From: Methyloversatilis sp.
GTDB taxonomy: Bacteria; Pseudomonadota; Gammaproteobacteria; Burkholderiales; Rhodocyclaceae
Direction: 5' to 3'
Length of the DNA: 64,000 bases
Assembly (NCBI RefSeq): GCF_965284615.1
Contig: NZ_OZ260098.1
Coordinates: forward strand, 2,732,318 to 2,796,317
Below are positions 1-8,872 of this stretch, one piece after another (within the stretch, counting starts at the first letter, position 1; every line of letters begins with the position of its first letter). Below the pieces are notes generated by a model. The model was given only the letters and a program-made list of their open reading frames with translations, had not been told where the DNA came from and made no database searches. Position numbers and translations under genes: made by a program.

Positions 1-2
1 GA

Positions 3-239
3 CACATTCACCTGCCCTTCGTGCGTCCGCTCGACGGCAGCGGACGCGCCGGCTGGGCGGTGCAGGCAGGCACGGCGGTATCGAGCCGCACGCGGCGCGA
101 CGCCGGCAATTCGGTCAACCTGATCCGCCGCCACACGCGCGCGGGGCGCGCGATCTGCACGGTCGAACGCTGGGACTACCGCAGCGCGGCCGACGAGTTC
201 GAAATGGCGGCGCTCAGTGCGCTGCCGCTCGGCAACTGA
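3..239 (+). CDS. Metallophosphoesterase (calcineurin-like), C-terminal fragment, 5' truncated
   Basis: Frame 3 reads HIHLPFVRPL...WAVQAGTAVSSRTR..GNSVNLIR, i.e. the (G)HIH metal-binding motif plus the QAGTA tail typical of this family. Confidence 0.7.
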   Translation, partial: HIHLPFVRPLDGSGRAGWAVQAGTAVSSRTRRDAGNSVNLIRRHTRAGRAICTVERWDYRSAADEFEMAALSALPLGN

Positions 240-252
240 CCTTCGCACGCCC

Positions 253-1038
253 ATGCACGCCTCTCTGAGCACGCCTGCACTGCTGGCCGAAACGGTCGCC
301 GCCAACCTGCTGCCGCTGTATTTCGCGCTGCTCGCCGGCGCACTGGCACTCGCCGCCTCGACGCTGCTATCGTGGCGCCGGCTGCGCCCGGGCGGCGCGG
401 CATCGGCAGCGCGCATCGCCGGCGCCGGCGCGCTGGGCGTCGCCCTCGCCGGCAGCGTCTTCGCGCTGATCGCCACCGCCGTGACCGCTGGTCACGCGCT
501 GACCGAGTTCGACGATACGCTGGTCACCGCGCTGAGCGCCACACAGCCGGCGGACACGCTGCGCGTATTCGCGCGCCTGACCCATTTCGGCGACACGGCG
601 ACGCTCACCGCGCTTGGCATCGGCGGCGCGCTGCTGCTGGCCTGGCGGCGACACCTCGTACTGGCGGCCACCTGGGCCGCGGCGATCGCTGGCAACGCGC
701 TGCTCAACGTGTCGTTGAAGGCGCTGTTCGAGCGTGTGCGGCCGGTGCACGACCACGGCATCACGATCGAAACCAGCTGGAGCTTTCCGAGCGGCCACGC
801 GTCCGGCACGGTGGCCGCCTGGGGCATCGCCGCCTACGTAATGCTGCGGCTGCTGCCGTCGCGCTGGCACCTGCCGGTGGTACTCGCGGCGGTGGCCATC
901 GCCGTCACCACGGCGGTGAGCCGCGTCGTGCTGCAGGTGCATTTCGCCAGCGACGTGCTGGCCGGCATGGCGTCCGGCGCAGCCTGGCTGACGCTGTGCA
1001 TCACGCTGTCCGAGTTGCTGCGCCGACGCGTGCCGTGA
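253..1038 (+). CDS. PAP2-family membrane phosphatase
   Basis: Motifs KALFERVRP, SFPSGHA and SRVVLQVHFASDV; multiple TM segments. Confidence 0.9.
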   Translation: MHASLSTPALLAETVAANLLPLYFALLAGALALAASTLLSWRRLRPGGAASAARIAGAGALGVALAGSVFALIATAVTAGHALTEFDDTLVTALSATQPADTLRVFARLTHFGDTATLTALGIGGALLLAWRRHLVLAATWAAAIAGNALLNVSLKALFERVRPVHDHGITIETSWSFPSGHASGTVAAWGIAAYVMLRLLPSRWHLPVVLAAVAIAVTTAVSRVVLQVHFASDVLAGMASGAAWLTLCITLSELLRRRVP

Positions 1039-1075
1039 AAAGATGCACCCGCCCTGCTGCCCCCGGAGACCCCGC

Positions 1076-2104
1076 ATGATCGACACTTCCCGCTTCGACG
1101 CCGCCTGGTGGGGCGGTTTCATCGGCGACGCGCTGGCGATGCCGGTGCACTGGTACTACACGCGCCACCGCATCGCCGAGGACTACGGCGACATCACCAC
1201 CTATCTGCCACCGCACAACCCGCATCCGGACAGCTTCCTGTGGCGCAGCGAATACACCTGCACCGGCAGCACCGACGACATCCTGCACGAGCAGGCACGC
1301 TGGTGGAGCGGCCCGCGCGACATCCACTACCACCAGTTCCTGCACGCTGGCGAGAACACGCTGAACGTGCGCCTCGCCATGCTGCTGGCCGAGTCGCTGC
1401 TGGCCTGCGGGCGCTACGACCGCGACGACTACGCGCACCGCTACACCGATTTCATGCTGACACCGGGCATGCACGGCGACACCTATGTCGAGGAATGCCA
1501 CCGCGCCTTCTTCCGCAACTACGGCAAGGGGCTGGAAATCGACGACTGCGGCAGCGTGGACATCCACATTGGCGGGCTGGCCACGCTGGCGCCGCTCATC
1601 CTGTTCCACGCCGATGACCGCGACGCGCTGCGTGCAGCGGTGATCCAGCATGTCAACCTGACGCACAAGGGCGAGGAAATGTCGGCTGCGGCGGCGCTGT
1701 ACGCCGACCTCGCCTTCCATCTGCTGCACGGCGCGACATTCGACGACGCGCTGTCGCGCGCCGAACCCGCCGGCCATCCTGCGCTCGCCTTCCCTTACCG
1801 CGACTGGGCGGCGACGCGCGCCGACGACGAGGTGATCGGGCGACAGTTCAGCCCGGCCTGCTACCTGAAGGATGCGCTGCCGGCGACGCTGCACCTCGCG
1901 GTGAAGTACGCCGACAGGCCGCGCGACGGACTGCTCGCCAATGTGCGGATGGGCGGCGACAACTGCCATCGCGGCGTCGTGCTCGGCACGCTGCTGGGTG
2001 CCGCGAACGGGATGGCGGCGCTGCCGACGGAATGGGTAAGTGGCCTGTACGCCGCCAGCGACTGCCGGCGGCTGCTGGAGGCGTTGCGCGCTCGCGCCGC
2101 CTGA
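1076..2104 (+). CDS. ADP-ribosylglycohydrolase family protein (J1-crystallin/SelJ-like clade)
   Basis: N-terminal GFIGDALAMPVHWYY and C-terminal ANVRMGGDNCHRGVVLGTLLGA. Confidence 0.85.
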   Translation: MIDTSRFDAAWWGGFIGDALAMPVHWYYTRHRIAEDYGDITTYLPPHNPHPDSFLWRSEYTCTGSTDDILHEQARWWSGPRDIHYHQFLHAGENTLNVRLAMLLAESLLACGRYDRDDYAHRYTDFMLTPGMHGDTYVEECHRAFFRNYGKGLEIDDCGSVDIHIGGLATLAPLILFHADDRDALRAAVIQHVNLTHKGEEMSAAAALYADLAFHLLHGATFDDALSRAEPAGHPALAFPYRDWAATRADDEVIGRQFSPACYLKDALPATLHLAVKYADRPRDGLLANVRMGGDNCHRGVVLGTLLGAANGMAALPTEWVSGLYAASDCRRLLEALRARAA

Positions 2105-2145
2105 ACCTCAGGTATGAACCTCGGGCTCGGACCTGAGGTTCAGGC
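2099..2145. terminator. 15-bp perfect inverted repeat between convergent genes (probable bidirectional terminator)
   Basis: GCCTGAACCTCAGGT (2099-2113) and ACCTGAGGTTCAGGC (2131-2145); the arms overlap both stop codons. Confidence 0.6.
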
Positions 2146-3078
2146 CAGTACGGCGCGATTGCGTCCGGCCTCCTTGGCCGCGTAGAGACGCTCGTCAGCG
2201 GTGCGGAACACGTGCATCAGTTCGTCGTTGGCAGCATCGATAAAGGCGCCACCGACCGACGTCGTCACCACGCCCCAGTCGGCGTTGCGCTCGTGCGGAA
2301 TGGCCAGTCCGCGCACTTCGGCGATCACCGTTTCGGCGATGCGCTCATAGACCGGCTTGCTGGCGACCGGCATCAGCACTGCGAATTCCTCGCCACCGTA
2401 GCGGGCGGCGAAAGCGCCTTCGGTCAGGCGTTCGGCGTTGAAGCGCTCGACCACGCCGGACAGCGCGTGCGCGACCGCGCGCAGGCAGTCGTCGCCGGCG
2501 AGGTGGCCGTAGTGGTCGTTGTATTTCTTGAAATGGTCGATGTCGAGCATCAGCAGCGCAAACGGGCGGCCGCTCTCGCGCGCCTCGCTCCACGCCAGAT
2601 CCAGCGTGAGATCCATGTGCCGGCGGTTGCTCAGACCGGTCAGACCGTCGCGGCTGGCCTGTTCCTTCAGCAGCCGGTTGGCGACCGACAAGCGCTTCCT
2701 CAGTGCGGCGATGCGGGTCATCGCCTTCATCTTCGCCTGCAGCACCGCTTCCGGCACCGACTTGACGAGGAAGTCGTCACCGCCAGCCTCGATCGCGGTG
2801 ATCAGGTTCTCCTGCGTGTCGGACGCGGTGAGGAAGAGGATGGGCGTCCACGCCCAGTCCTGCGTCGCTTCGATCGCGCGGATGCGCGCAGTCGCCTCGA
2901 AGCCGTTCATCACCGGCATTTCGATGTCCATCAGGATCAGATCGGGCGCGAGCTGCGCGAACTGCGCCACCGCGGCCTCGCCGTGCTCGGCCACCGTCAC
3001 CTCGTAGCCAAAGGAGGCCAGACGCACCGACATGACGGCCGCCATGGCGCGACTGTCCTCAACCAGCAATATCTTCAT
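2140..3078 (-). CDS. Response-regulator diguanylate cyclase (REC-GGDEF)
   Basis: KILLVEDS...DLILMDIEMPVMNG receiver; DIDHFKKYNDHYGHLAGD and RYGGEEF. Confidence 0.93.
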   Translation of the reverse strand: MKILLVEDSRAMAAVMSVRLASFGYEVTVAEHGEAAVAQFAQLAPDLILMDIEMPVMNGFEATARIRAIEATQDWAWTPILFLTASDTQENLITAIEAGGDDFLVKSVPEAVLQAKMKAMTRIAALRKRLSVANRLLKEQASRDGLTGLSNRRHMDLTLDLAWSEARESGRPFALLMLDIDHFKKYNDHYGHLAGDDCLRAVAHALSGVVERFNAERLTEGAFAARYGGEEFAVLMPVASKPVYERIAETVIAEVRGLAIPHERNADWGVVTTSVGGAFIDAANDELMHVFRTADERLYAAKEAGRNRAVLA

Positions 3079-3146
3079 GTGTTCCCCGCAGAGGCAGATT
3101 TCTTCTTCTCTTTGTGAACACTATTTCGGCCGCAGGCACATGCGCT

Positions 3147-4118
3147 TTAGGAGGAAAAATTACCCTCGCGCCCGCCGGCCAGCGCCCGCGTCAGCGCCGG
3201 CACGGCCTCGAAGATGTCTGCCACCAGCCCGTAGTCGGCAATGCCGAAGATGGGTGCGTCGGCGTCCTGGTTGATGGCGACGATGACACGCGAATCCTTC
3301 ATACCGGCCACGTGCTGGATGGCGCCGGAAATGCCCACCGCGATGTACAGCTCGGGCGCGACGACGCGCCCGGTCTGGCCGACCTGGCTGTCATTGCCGA
3401 CGAAGCCGGCATCGACCGCGGCGCGGCTGGCGCCGAGGGCGGCGTTCAAGGTGTCGGCCAGCGGTTCGAGCAGGCGGCGGAAGTTGTCGGCGCTGCCCAA
3501 TGCGCGGCCGCCCGACACCACCACACGTGCGCTGCCCAGGTCCGGGCGTCCGCCCTGCACCTGCTGGCGCGCGATCAGACGCGAGCAGGCCGGATCGGTG
3601 GCAGCGGCCAGCGGCAGCACCGGGCAATCGCCGCCGGTGGGCGCCGCGGCAAACGCGGTCGCGCGCACGGTGAGCACCTTCAGCGCATCGAGCGATTGCA
3701 CGGTGACGAGCACGTTGCCGGCGTAGATCGGGCGCACGAAGGTATCGGACGATTCGATGCGCACGACGTCGGTGATGGGGGCCACACCCAGCCGCGCCGC
3801 CACCCGCGGCAGCACGTTGCGGGCAAAGCCGCCGGCCGCCGCGACCACGTGCGTGTATTGATCCGCCGCACCGGCCAGCACCGCGCGCAGCAGTTCGGTC
3901 AGCGGCTCGGCCAGCTGATCGGCGTAGTGCGCGGCGTCGGCGTGCAGCACGCGGGCGACACCGGCGATCCGGCGCGCCTGTCCGGCCACGGCGTCGCAGT
4001 CATGACCGGCCACCAGCAGATCGATCTCGCCACCGCACTGCAGCGCCGCCGTGACCGCATGCAGCGTGACCGGGTGCAGCACGGCGTTGTCGTGCTCGGC
4101 AATCACCAGGGTTTTCAT
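3147..4118 (-). CDS. etfA: Electron transfer flavoprotein alpha subunit
   Basis: [50 protein letters not shown]. Confidence 0.95.
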   Translation of the reverse strand: MKTLVIAEHDNAVLHPVTLHAVTAALQCGGEIDLLVAGHDCDAVAGQARRIAGVARVLHADAAHYADQLAEPLTELLRAVLAGAADQYTHVVAAAGGFARNVLPRVAARLGVAPITDVVRIESSDTFVRPIYAGNVLVTVQSLDALKVLTVRATAFAAAPTGGDCPVLPLAAATDPACSRLIARQQVQGGRPDLGSARVVVSGGRALGSADNFRRLLEPLADTLNAALGASRAAVDAGFVGNDSQVGQTGRVVAPELYIAVGISGAIQHVAGMKDSRVIVAINQDADAPIFGIADYGLVADIFEAVPALTRALAGGREGNFSS

Positions 4119-4129
4119 CGCATCTCTCC

Positions 4130-4879
4130 TCAGATCACCTGCGCCTCGGCGCGCAGGCGTTCCATCAGCTGGGCCACGCTGTCAACGCGCACGCCCGGTG
4201 TGCGCGCCGGCGGCGGCGCCATGTGCAGCGTGCGCAGGCGTGGCGCGACATCGACGCCCAGCGATTCGGGCGTCACGCTGTTGACCGGCTTCTTCTTCGC
4301 CTTCATCAGATTGGGCAGCGACACGAAGCGCGGCTCGTTCAGGCGCAGGTCGGTGGTGAGCACCGCAGGCAGCGTCAGCGCCAGCACTTCGCTGCCGCCG
4401 TCGATCTCGCGCGTCACTTCGATGTGGCCGTCACCGGGCAGCAGTTTCGACGCGTTGGTCGCCTGCGGCCAGTCGAGCAGCGCGGCCAGCATCTGGCCGG
4501 TCTGGCCGGCGTCGTCGTCGATTGCCTGCTTGCCGCAGATCACCAGTTGCGGCTGCTCGCGCTCACACAACGCATGCAGCAGGCGGGCCACGGCCAGCGG
4601 TTGAAGTTCGGCCGCGGTATCGACCAGCAAGGCGCGGTCCGCCCCCATCGCGAGCGCGCTGCGCAGCGTGTCCTGACAGGCGGCGACGCCGCAGGACACG
4701 ACCACCACCTCGGTGGCGACGCCGGCCTCCTTCAGCCGCACGGCCTCCTCCACCGCGATCTCGTCGAACGGGTTCATCGCCCGCTTGGCGCTGCCGATGT
4801 TGACATCGCTGCCATCGGCCAGCACGCGCACCTTCACGTTGTGATCGACCACGCGCTTCACCGCCACCAGCACCTTCAT
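4130..4879 (-). CDS. etfB: Electron transfer flavoprotein beta subunit
   Basis: MKVLVAVKRVVD, MNPFDEIAVEEAVRLKE, GKQAIDDDAGQTGQMLA, DLRLNEPRF. Confidence 0.95.
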   Translation of the reverse strand: MKVLVAVKRVVDHNVKVRVLADGSDVNIGSAKRAMNPFDEIAVEEAVRLKEAGVATEVVVVSCGVAACQDTLRSALAMGADRALLVDTAAELQPLAVARLLHALCEREQPQLVICGKQAIDDDAGQTGQMLAALLDWPQATNASKLLPGDGHIEVTREIDGGSEVLALTLPAVLTTDLRLNEPRFVSLPNLMKAKKKPVNSVTPESLGVDVAPRLRTLHMAPPPARTPGVRVDSVAQLMERLRAEAQVI

Positions 4880-5172
4880 GACACGCCCTCCTCCAGCTCG
4901 CGCAGATAGGCCCACGGATAGATGCCGCGCCGGTGGCCGTCGGAGAACACGAGGTTCAGGCCGGCGTCCGCCATCGCGTGCGCTTCGGTAAGCACCACCC
5001 CGCTGCAATCCTCGGGGGCGGCACCGGCGCGCGCCGCCTTCGTGCAGAAGGCGCAGCGGCAGCGCGCGCGCAGCAGCGCGTGCGGCAGCGCGCTCTCGCT
5101 GCCGTCGTTCCACTCGATGCGCAGCAGGCGCGACGCGCTGTGCACGGTGACCGACCGCGGCAGCGCGCTCAC
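4876..5172 (-). CDS. DUF971 / gamma-butyrobetaine-hydroxylase-like N-terminal domain protein
   Basis: LRIEWNDG...LLRARCRCAFC...LNLVFSDGHRRGIYPWAYLREL; GTG start overlaps the upstream stop (GTGA). Confidence 0.85.
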   Translation of the reverse strand: MSALPRSVTVHSASRLLRIEWNDGSESALPHALLRARCRCAFCTKAARAGAAPEDCSGVVLTEAHAMADAGLNLVFSDGHRRGIYPWAYLRELEEGVS

Positions 5173-6047
5173 AGCATCGCTCCCACGCCCTCGGCGCCGA
5201 CGTGCCAGTCGTGCCCGGCGAGTCCGCCCTCCTTCAGTTCTCCACCCATGGCGGCGAGGCTTTCTTCGCGGATGAGCGCCTTCAACTGGCGGTGCAGCGC
5301 GAGGAAGGTGGGCGACGAGGTCATGTCGGGCGTGCGCGGGCGCGGCAGCGGCACCGGGATTTCCGCCTTGATGCGGCCGGGGCGCGCGGTCATCACGTAG
5401 ATCTTGTCCGACAGGAAGATGGCTTCCTCGATGTCGTGCGTAATGAACAGCACCGACAGCTGCAGCTGCTGCCACATATTGGTCAGGATCTCCTGCATCA
5501 CCACGCGGGTCTGCGAATCGAGCGCGCCGAAGGGCTCGTCCATCAGCATCACCTGCGGGCTGGTGGCCAGCGCGCGGACGATGCCGACGCGCTGCTTCAT
5601 GCCGCCCGAAAGCTGGTCCGGATAGTGGTTCTCGAAGGACAGCAGGCCAGCCAGGCCGAGCAGCGTGCGCGCCTTCACTTCGCGCGTGCTGCGGCTCACG
5701 CCCTGCATCTTCAGGCCGAACTCGACGTTCTGCCGCACGCTGAGCCAGGGGAACAGCGAATACTGCTGGAACACCACGCCACGGTCGGCACCCGGCGCGG
5801 TCACGGCACGGCCATCGACGGTGACCGTGCCCTCGTCGGCGCGCAGGAAGCCGGCGACGATGTTCAGCAGCGTTGACTTGCCGCAACCGGACGGTCCGAC
5901 GATGGACACGAACTCGCCCGGCCTCACGTCCAGCGACACGTTCTTCACCGCGTCGAAGGGCACGCCGTTCTGCGTGAAGCGGATGTTCACGTCACGGATG
6001 TCGATGTGGCCGGTGGCCGATCGGGTCTGTACGGTCGATGCGTTCAT
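5169..6047 (-). CDS. ABC transporter ATP-binding protein, nitrate/sulfonate/taurine family
   Basis: GPSGCGKST, LSGGMKQRV, LMDEPFGALD, VLFITHDIEEA. Confidence 0.95.
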   Translation of the reverse strand: MNASTVQTRSATGHIDIRDVNIRFTQNGVPFDAVKNVSLDVRPGEFVSIVGPSGCGKSTLLNIVAGFLRADEGTVTVDGRAVTAPGADRGVVFQQYSLFPWLSVRQNVEFGLKMQGVSRSTREVKARTLLGLAGLLSFENHYPDQLSGGMKQRVGIVRALATSPQVMLMDEPFGALDSQTRVVMQEILTNMWQQLQLSVLFITHDIEEAIFLSDKIYVMTARPGRIKAEIPVPLPRPRTPDMTSSPTFLALHRQLKALIREESLAAMGGELKEGGLAGHDWHVGAEGVGAML

Positions 6048-7012
6048 CGCGAGCTCTCCTTTCCGCTGCTTGCCTGCCAGGGCATCAGCAGCCGGCCGAG
6101 CAGGCGGATGCCACCGCTGCACACGAGGCCGAGCACGCCGATCACCAGCATGCCGATGACGATGTTCGAGTACTCGATCAGCGAGTACGCCTCCCAGGTG
6201 AAGTAGCCCACGCCGTACTGACCGGAAATCATTTCCGCGGCAATCAGCGACACCCAGGCCACGCCCATGCCCACCGCCAGACCGGTGAAGATGTGCGGCA
6301 TCGCACCGCGCAGCACCACCTGCGTCATCAGCGCGAACTCGGTGGCACCGAGACAGCGCGCCGCCCGCACCAGCACCGCATCCATCGACGCCACGCCGTG
6401 CATGGTGTTGAGCAGGATGGGGAAGAAGGCGCCGATGAAGGTGATGAACACGATGCTGGTTTCGGTGGTCGGCCACAGCATGATGGAGATCGGCACCCAG
6501 GCGATGGCCGGGATCGGGCGCAGGATTTCCATCGCCGGGAACAGCAGGCTGCGCACCTGACGGTAGCGCCCGATCAGCAAGCCGAGCGTCACGCCGAGCA
6601 CGGTGGCGATGGCGAAGCCCAGCATGATGCGACGCAGGCTCAGCATCACGTGCGTCGTGAAGCCCTTGTTGCCGAACAGGTTCAGCGCGTCGCTGAATAC
6701 CTCGACCGGCCCCGGCACGTTGGTGAAGCGGATGTAGAACACCCAGCGGTAGGTGGTGGCCAGGTGCCAGAAGCCGATCAGCAGCACGATGGACAGGGCA
6801 CCCAGCGCCAAGGTGGGCAGGCCGCGGCGCAACGTGCGCCCCAGCCGCTGCGCCGGCGTCAGCCGGGGCGGTGCGGCGACGGCCGGGGCGGCGGGCGCCC
6901 CGCCGGGCACCGCGACCGGCGCCACCGCGCGCACCGGCGCGGGTACGTCGGCCGGCACGGCGTCCGGCGGGGCGGCGTCATCGATCGAGTGCATCCTCAT
7001 GACGGTTGACAT
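6044..7012 (-). CDS. ABC transporter permease, nitrate/sulfonate/taurine family
   Basis: LRPIPAIAWVP, EAA-loop-like AARCLGA, LIAAEMI. Confidence 0.93.
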   Translation of the reverse strand: MSTVMRMHSIDDAAPPDAVPADVPAPVRAVAPVAVPGGAPAAPAVAAPPRLTPAQRLGRTLRRGLPTLALGALSIVLLIGFWHLATTYRWVFYIRFTNVPGPVEVFSDALNLFGNKGFTTHVMLSLRRIMLGFAIATVLGVTLGLLIGRYRQVRSLLFPAMEILRPIPAIAWVPISIMLWPTTETSIVFITFIGAFFPILLNTMHGVASMDAVLVRAARCLGATEFALMTQVVLRGAMPHIFTGLAVGMGVAWVSLIAAEMISGQYGVGYFTWEAYSLIEYSNIVIGMLVIGVLGLVCSGGIRLLGRLLMPWQASSGKESSR

Positions 7013-7015
7013 GGC

Positions 7016-8458
7016 TCACTTCCTCACGGTGGCGATGGCCAGTGCATCGGCGTAGCTGCCGAGCTTTCCGCCATGGGCGGCGGCATGCGCCTCGGCATCC
7101 TTCTTCAGCAGGAAGGGCGTGATGGCCGCACTTCCCTTGCCGCCCAGCGAGTAGAAGGCCTTGTCGGCGAACAGCTTGATCTTGAAGCTCTGGTCGAACA
7201 CGAAGGCCACACCCACCTTCTTGCCCGCCTTGGTCGCCGCATTGACCGCCGCCAGCGTGCATTCGGCCGACTTGTAGGCGGTCAGCGCGCCGCCTTCGAT
7301 CCACACCTCACCGGCTTCGCGCGGCTTGTCGATGCTGCCGCCGCACAGCGGGTCGGTCCCCGAGATTTCGTAACTGGCGAAGCTCGCCTTCTGCTTGGTG
7401 TAATCCAGCCCCAGTTCCTTGTAGGCCTGCATCAGGTAGGACTCGTCCACCCAGGCGTCGGCGTCGAACTCCTTCACCCGGCCCATGCGCTGCAGCACGC
7501 CGTGGTCGTACTTCACCGTCTCGACCCACTTCGGCTTGATGGTCGGATCCAGCGTATGCACGCCGCCCGGGCCGAGGAACATGTAGGCCACTTCCTTCTC
7601 GACCCGCGTCCACTCCTCGATCTTGGTCGCTGCCTCGACCGGGTTCTTGCGCACCCACTCGTTCGCCTCCATCAGCGCCTTGATGTAGGCGACGACGAAC
7701 TCCGGATATTTCTTCGCGAAGTCCTCGCGCACGACGACGCCGTGGAAGGTGGGCACCTTGGTTTCGACGCCGTCGAAGATCTTGCGTGCGAAACCGCGGT
7801 AGGGCAGCAGCTCGGCGAAGGGCACGAAGTCGGCGTGACCGTCGATGCGCTTCTCCTGCAGGCTGGAGGTGCCGACTTCCGGGCTCTGGCTCGACAGTTC
7901 CCAGACATCGCTCTTCCAGCCCTTGTCCTCCATCGCCTTCAGCAGCATGCCGTGCGCGGCCGAGCCGAAGGGCACCGACACCTTCTTGCCCTTCAGGTCG
8001 GACAGCTGGTAATAGGGCGAATCCTTGTGCACCACGATGCCGTTGCCGGCACCGTCGGCGTTGTAGGCAATCAGTGCGATCAGCCGGCTCTTCGTTTCCG
8101 GGCTGGCCTGGAAGGTGGCGCCATTCACCAGCAGCGGATAGTCGCCCATCATGCCGATCTGCAGCGTGTTGGCCACCATGCCGTTGGTCACCGGCGGGCC
8201 AGAGGTGAAGTTCTGCCATTCGAACTTGAACTGGATGTCCTTGTACTTGCCGGTCTTCGGCAGGTGCTTTTCGAGCAGACCCAGTTCCTTGATGACGATG
8301 CCGCCGGTCACCGTATTGGTCGTCGTGTTCTGCGTGCCGATGCCGACGGTGACGACCTCGGCCAGTGCGCCCGTGGCACAGCTGCCCAGCGCTGCGCCGA
8401 GCAGCAATGCGCGGGTCGTGCCGGTGACGCGACCCAGGGTCTTCTTCATAACGTTCAT
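7016..8458 (-). CDS. ABC substrate-binding protein (SsuA/TauA/NrtA-like) with C-terminal extension
   Basis: Signal peptide; NFTSGPP, GMMGDYP, VPFGSAAHG; GAGG RBS upstream of the ATG at 8458. Confidence 0.88.
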   Translation of the reverse strand: MNVMKKTLGRVTGTTRALLLGAALGSCATGALAEVVTVGIGTQNTTTNTVTGGIVIKELGLLEKHLPKTGKYKDIQFKFEWQNFTSGPPVTNGMVANTLQIGMMGDYPLLVNGATFQASPETKSRLIALIAYNADGAGNGIVVHKDSPYYQLSDLKGKKVSVPFGSAAHGMLLKAMEDKGWKSDVWELSSQSPEVGTSSLQEKRIDGHADFVPFAELLPYRGFARKIFDGVETKVPTFHGVVVREDFAKKYPEFVVAYIKALMEANEWVRKNPVEAATKIEEWTRVEKEVAYMFLGPGGVHTLDPTIKPKWVETVKYDHGVLQRMGRVKEFDADAWVDESYLMQAYKELGLDYTKQKASFASYEISGTDPLCGGSIDKPREAGEVWIEGGALTAYKSAECTLAAVNAATKAGKKVGVAFVFDQSFKIKLFADKAFYSLGGKGSAAITPFLLKKDAEAHAAAHGGKLGSYADALAIATVRK

Positions 8459-8532
8459 GGCTTCACCTCTTCCTGTCAGTTCAATGAATGAATCGAAGAT
8501 TTGCTGCGTGCTTGCGGTGTGCTGGGCGGCGC

Positions 8533-8862
8533 TCAGGCGCTCTCGAACAGGTAATGCCTCTTGTCCTTCACGTTGGCCCACTCGTCCGCCTCGGGCAGCG
8601 GATCGCGCGCCGCGGTGATCAGCGGCCATTCGGTGGCGAGGCGGGCGTTGATGGCCACGAACTCGATCTGGTCGGCCGGCAGATCCTCCTCGGCGAAGAT
8701 CGCCTCGGCCGGACACTCCGGAACGCAGACGCCGCAGTCGATGCAGGCCGCGGGGTCGATGACGAGAAATTCCGGCCCTTCGTGAAAGCACTCGACCGGA
8801 CAGACCGACACGCAGTCGGTGTACTTGCAGCGCACGCAGGCTTCGGTGACGACGAAGGTCAT
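8533..8862 (-). CDS. fdxA: 7Fe ferredoxin (Azotobacter FdI/FdxA type)
   Basis: [24 protein letters not shown]...[16 protein letters not shown]. Confidence 0.85.
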   Translation of the reverse strand: MTFVVTEACVRCKYTDCVSVCPVECFHEGPEFLVIDPAACIDCGVCVPECPAEAIFAEEDLPADQIEFVAINARLATEWPLITAARDPLPEADEWANVKDKRHYLFESA

Positions 8863-8872
8863 GGTGTTCTCC

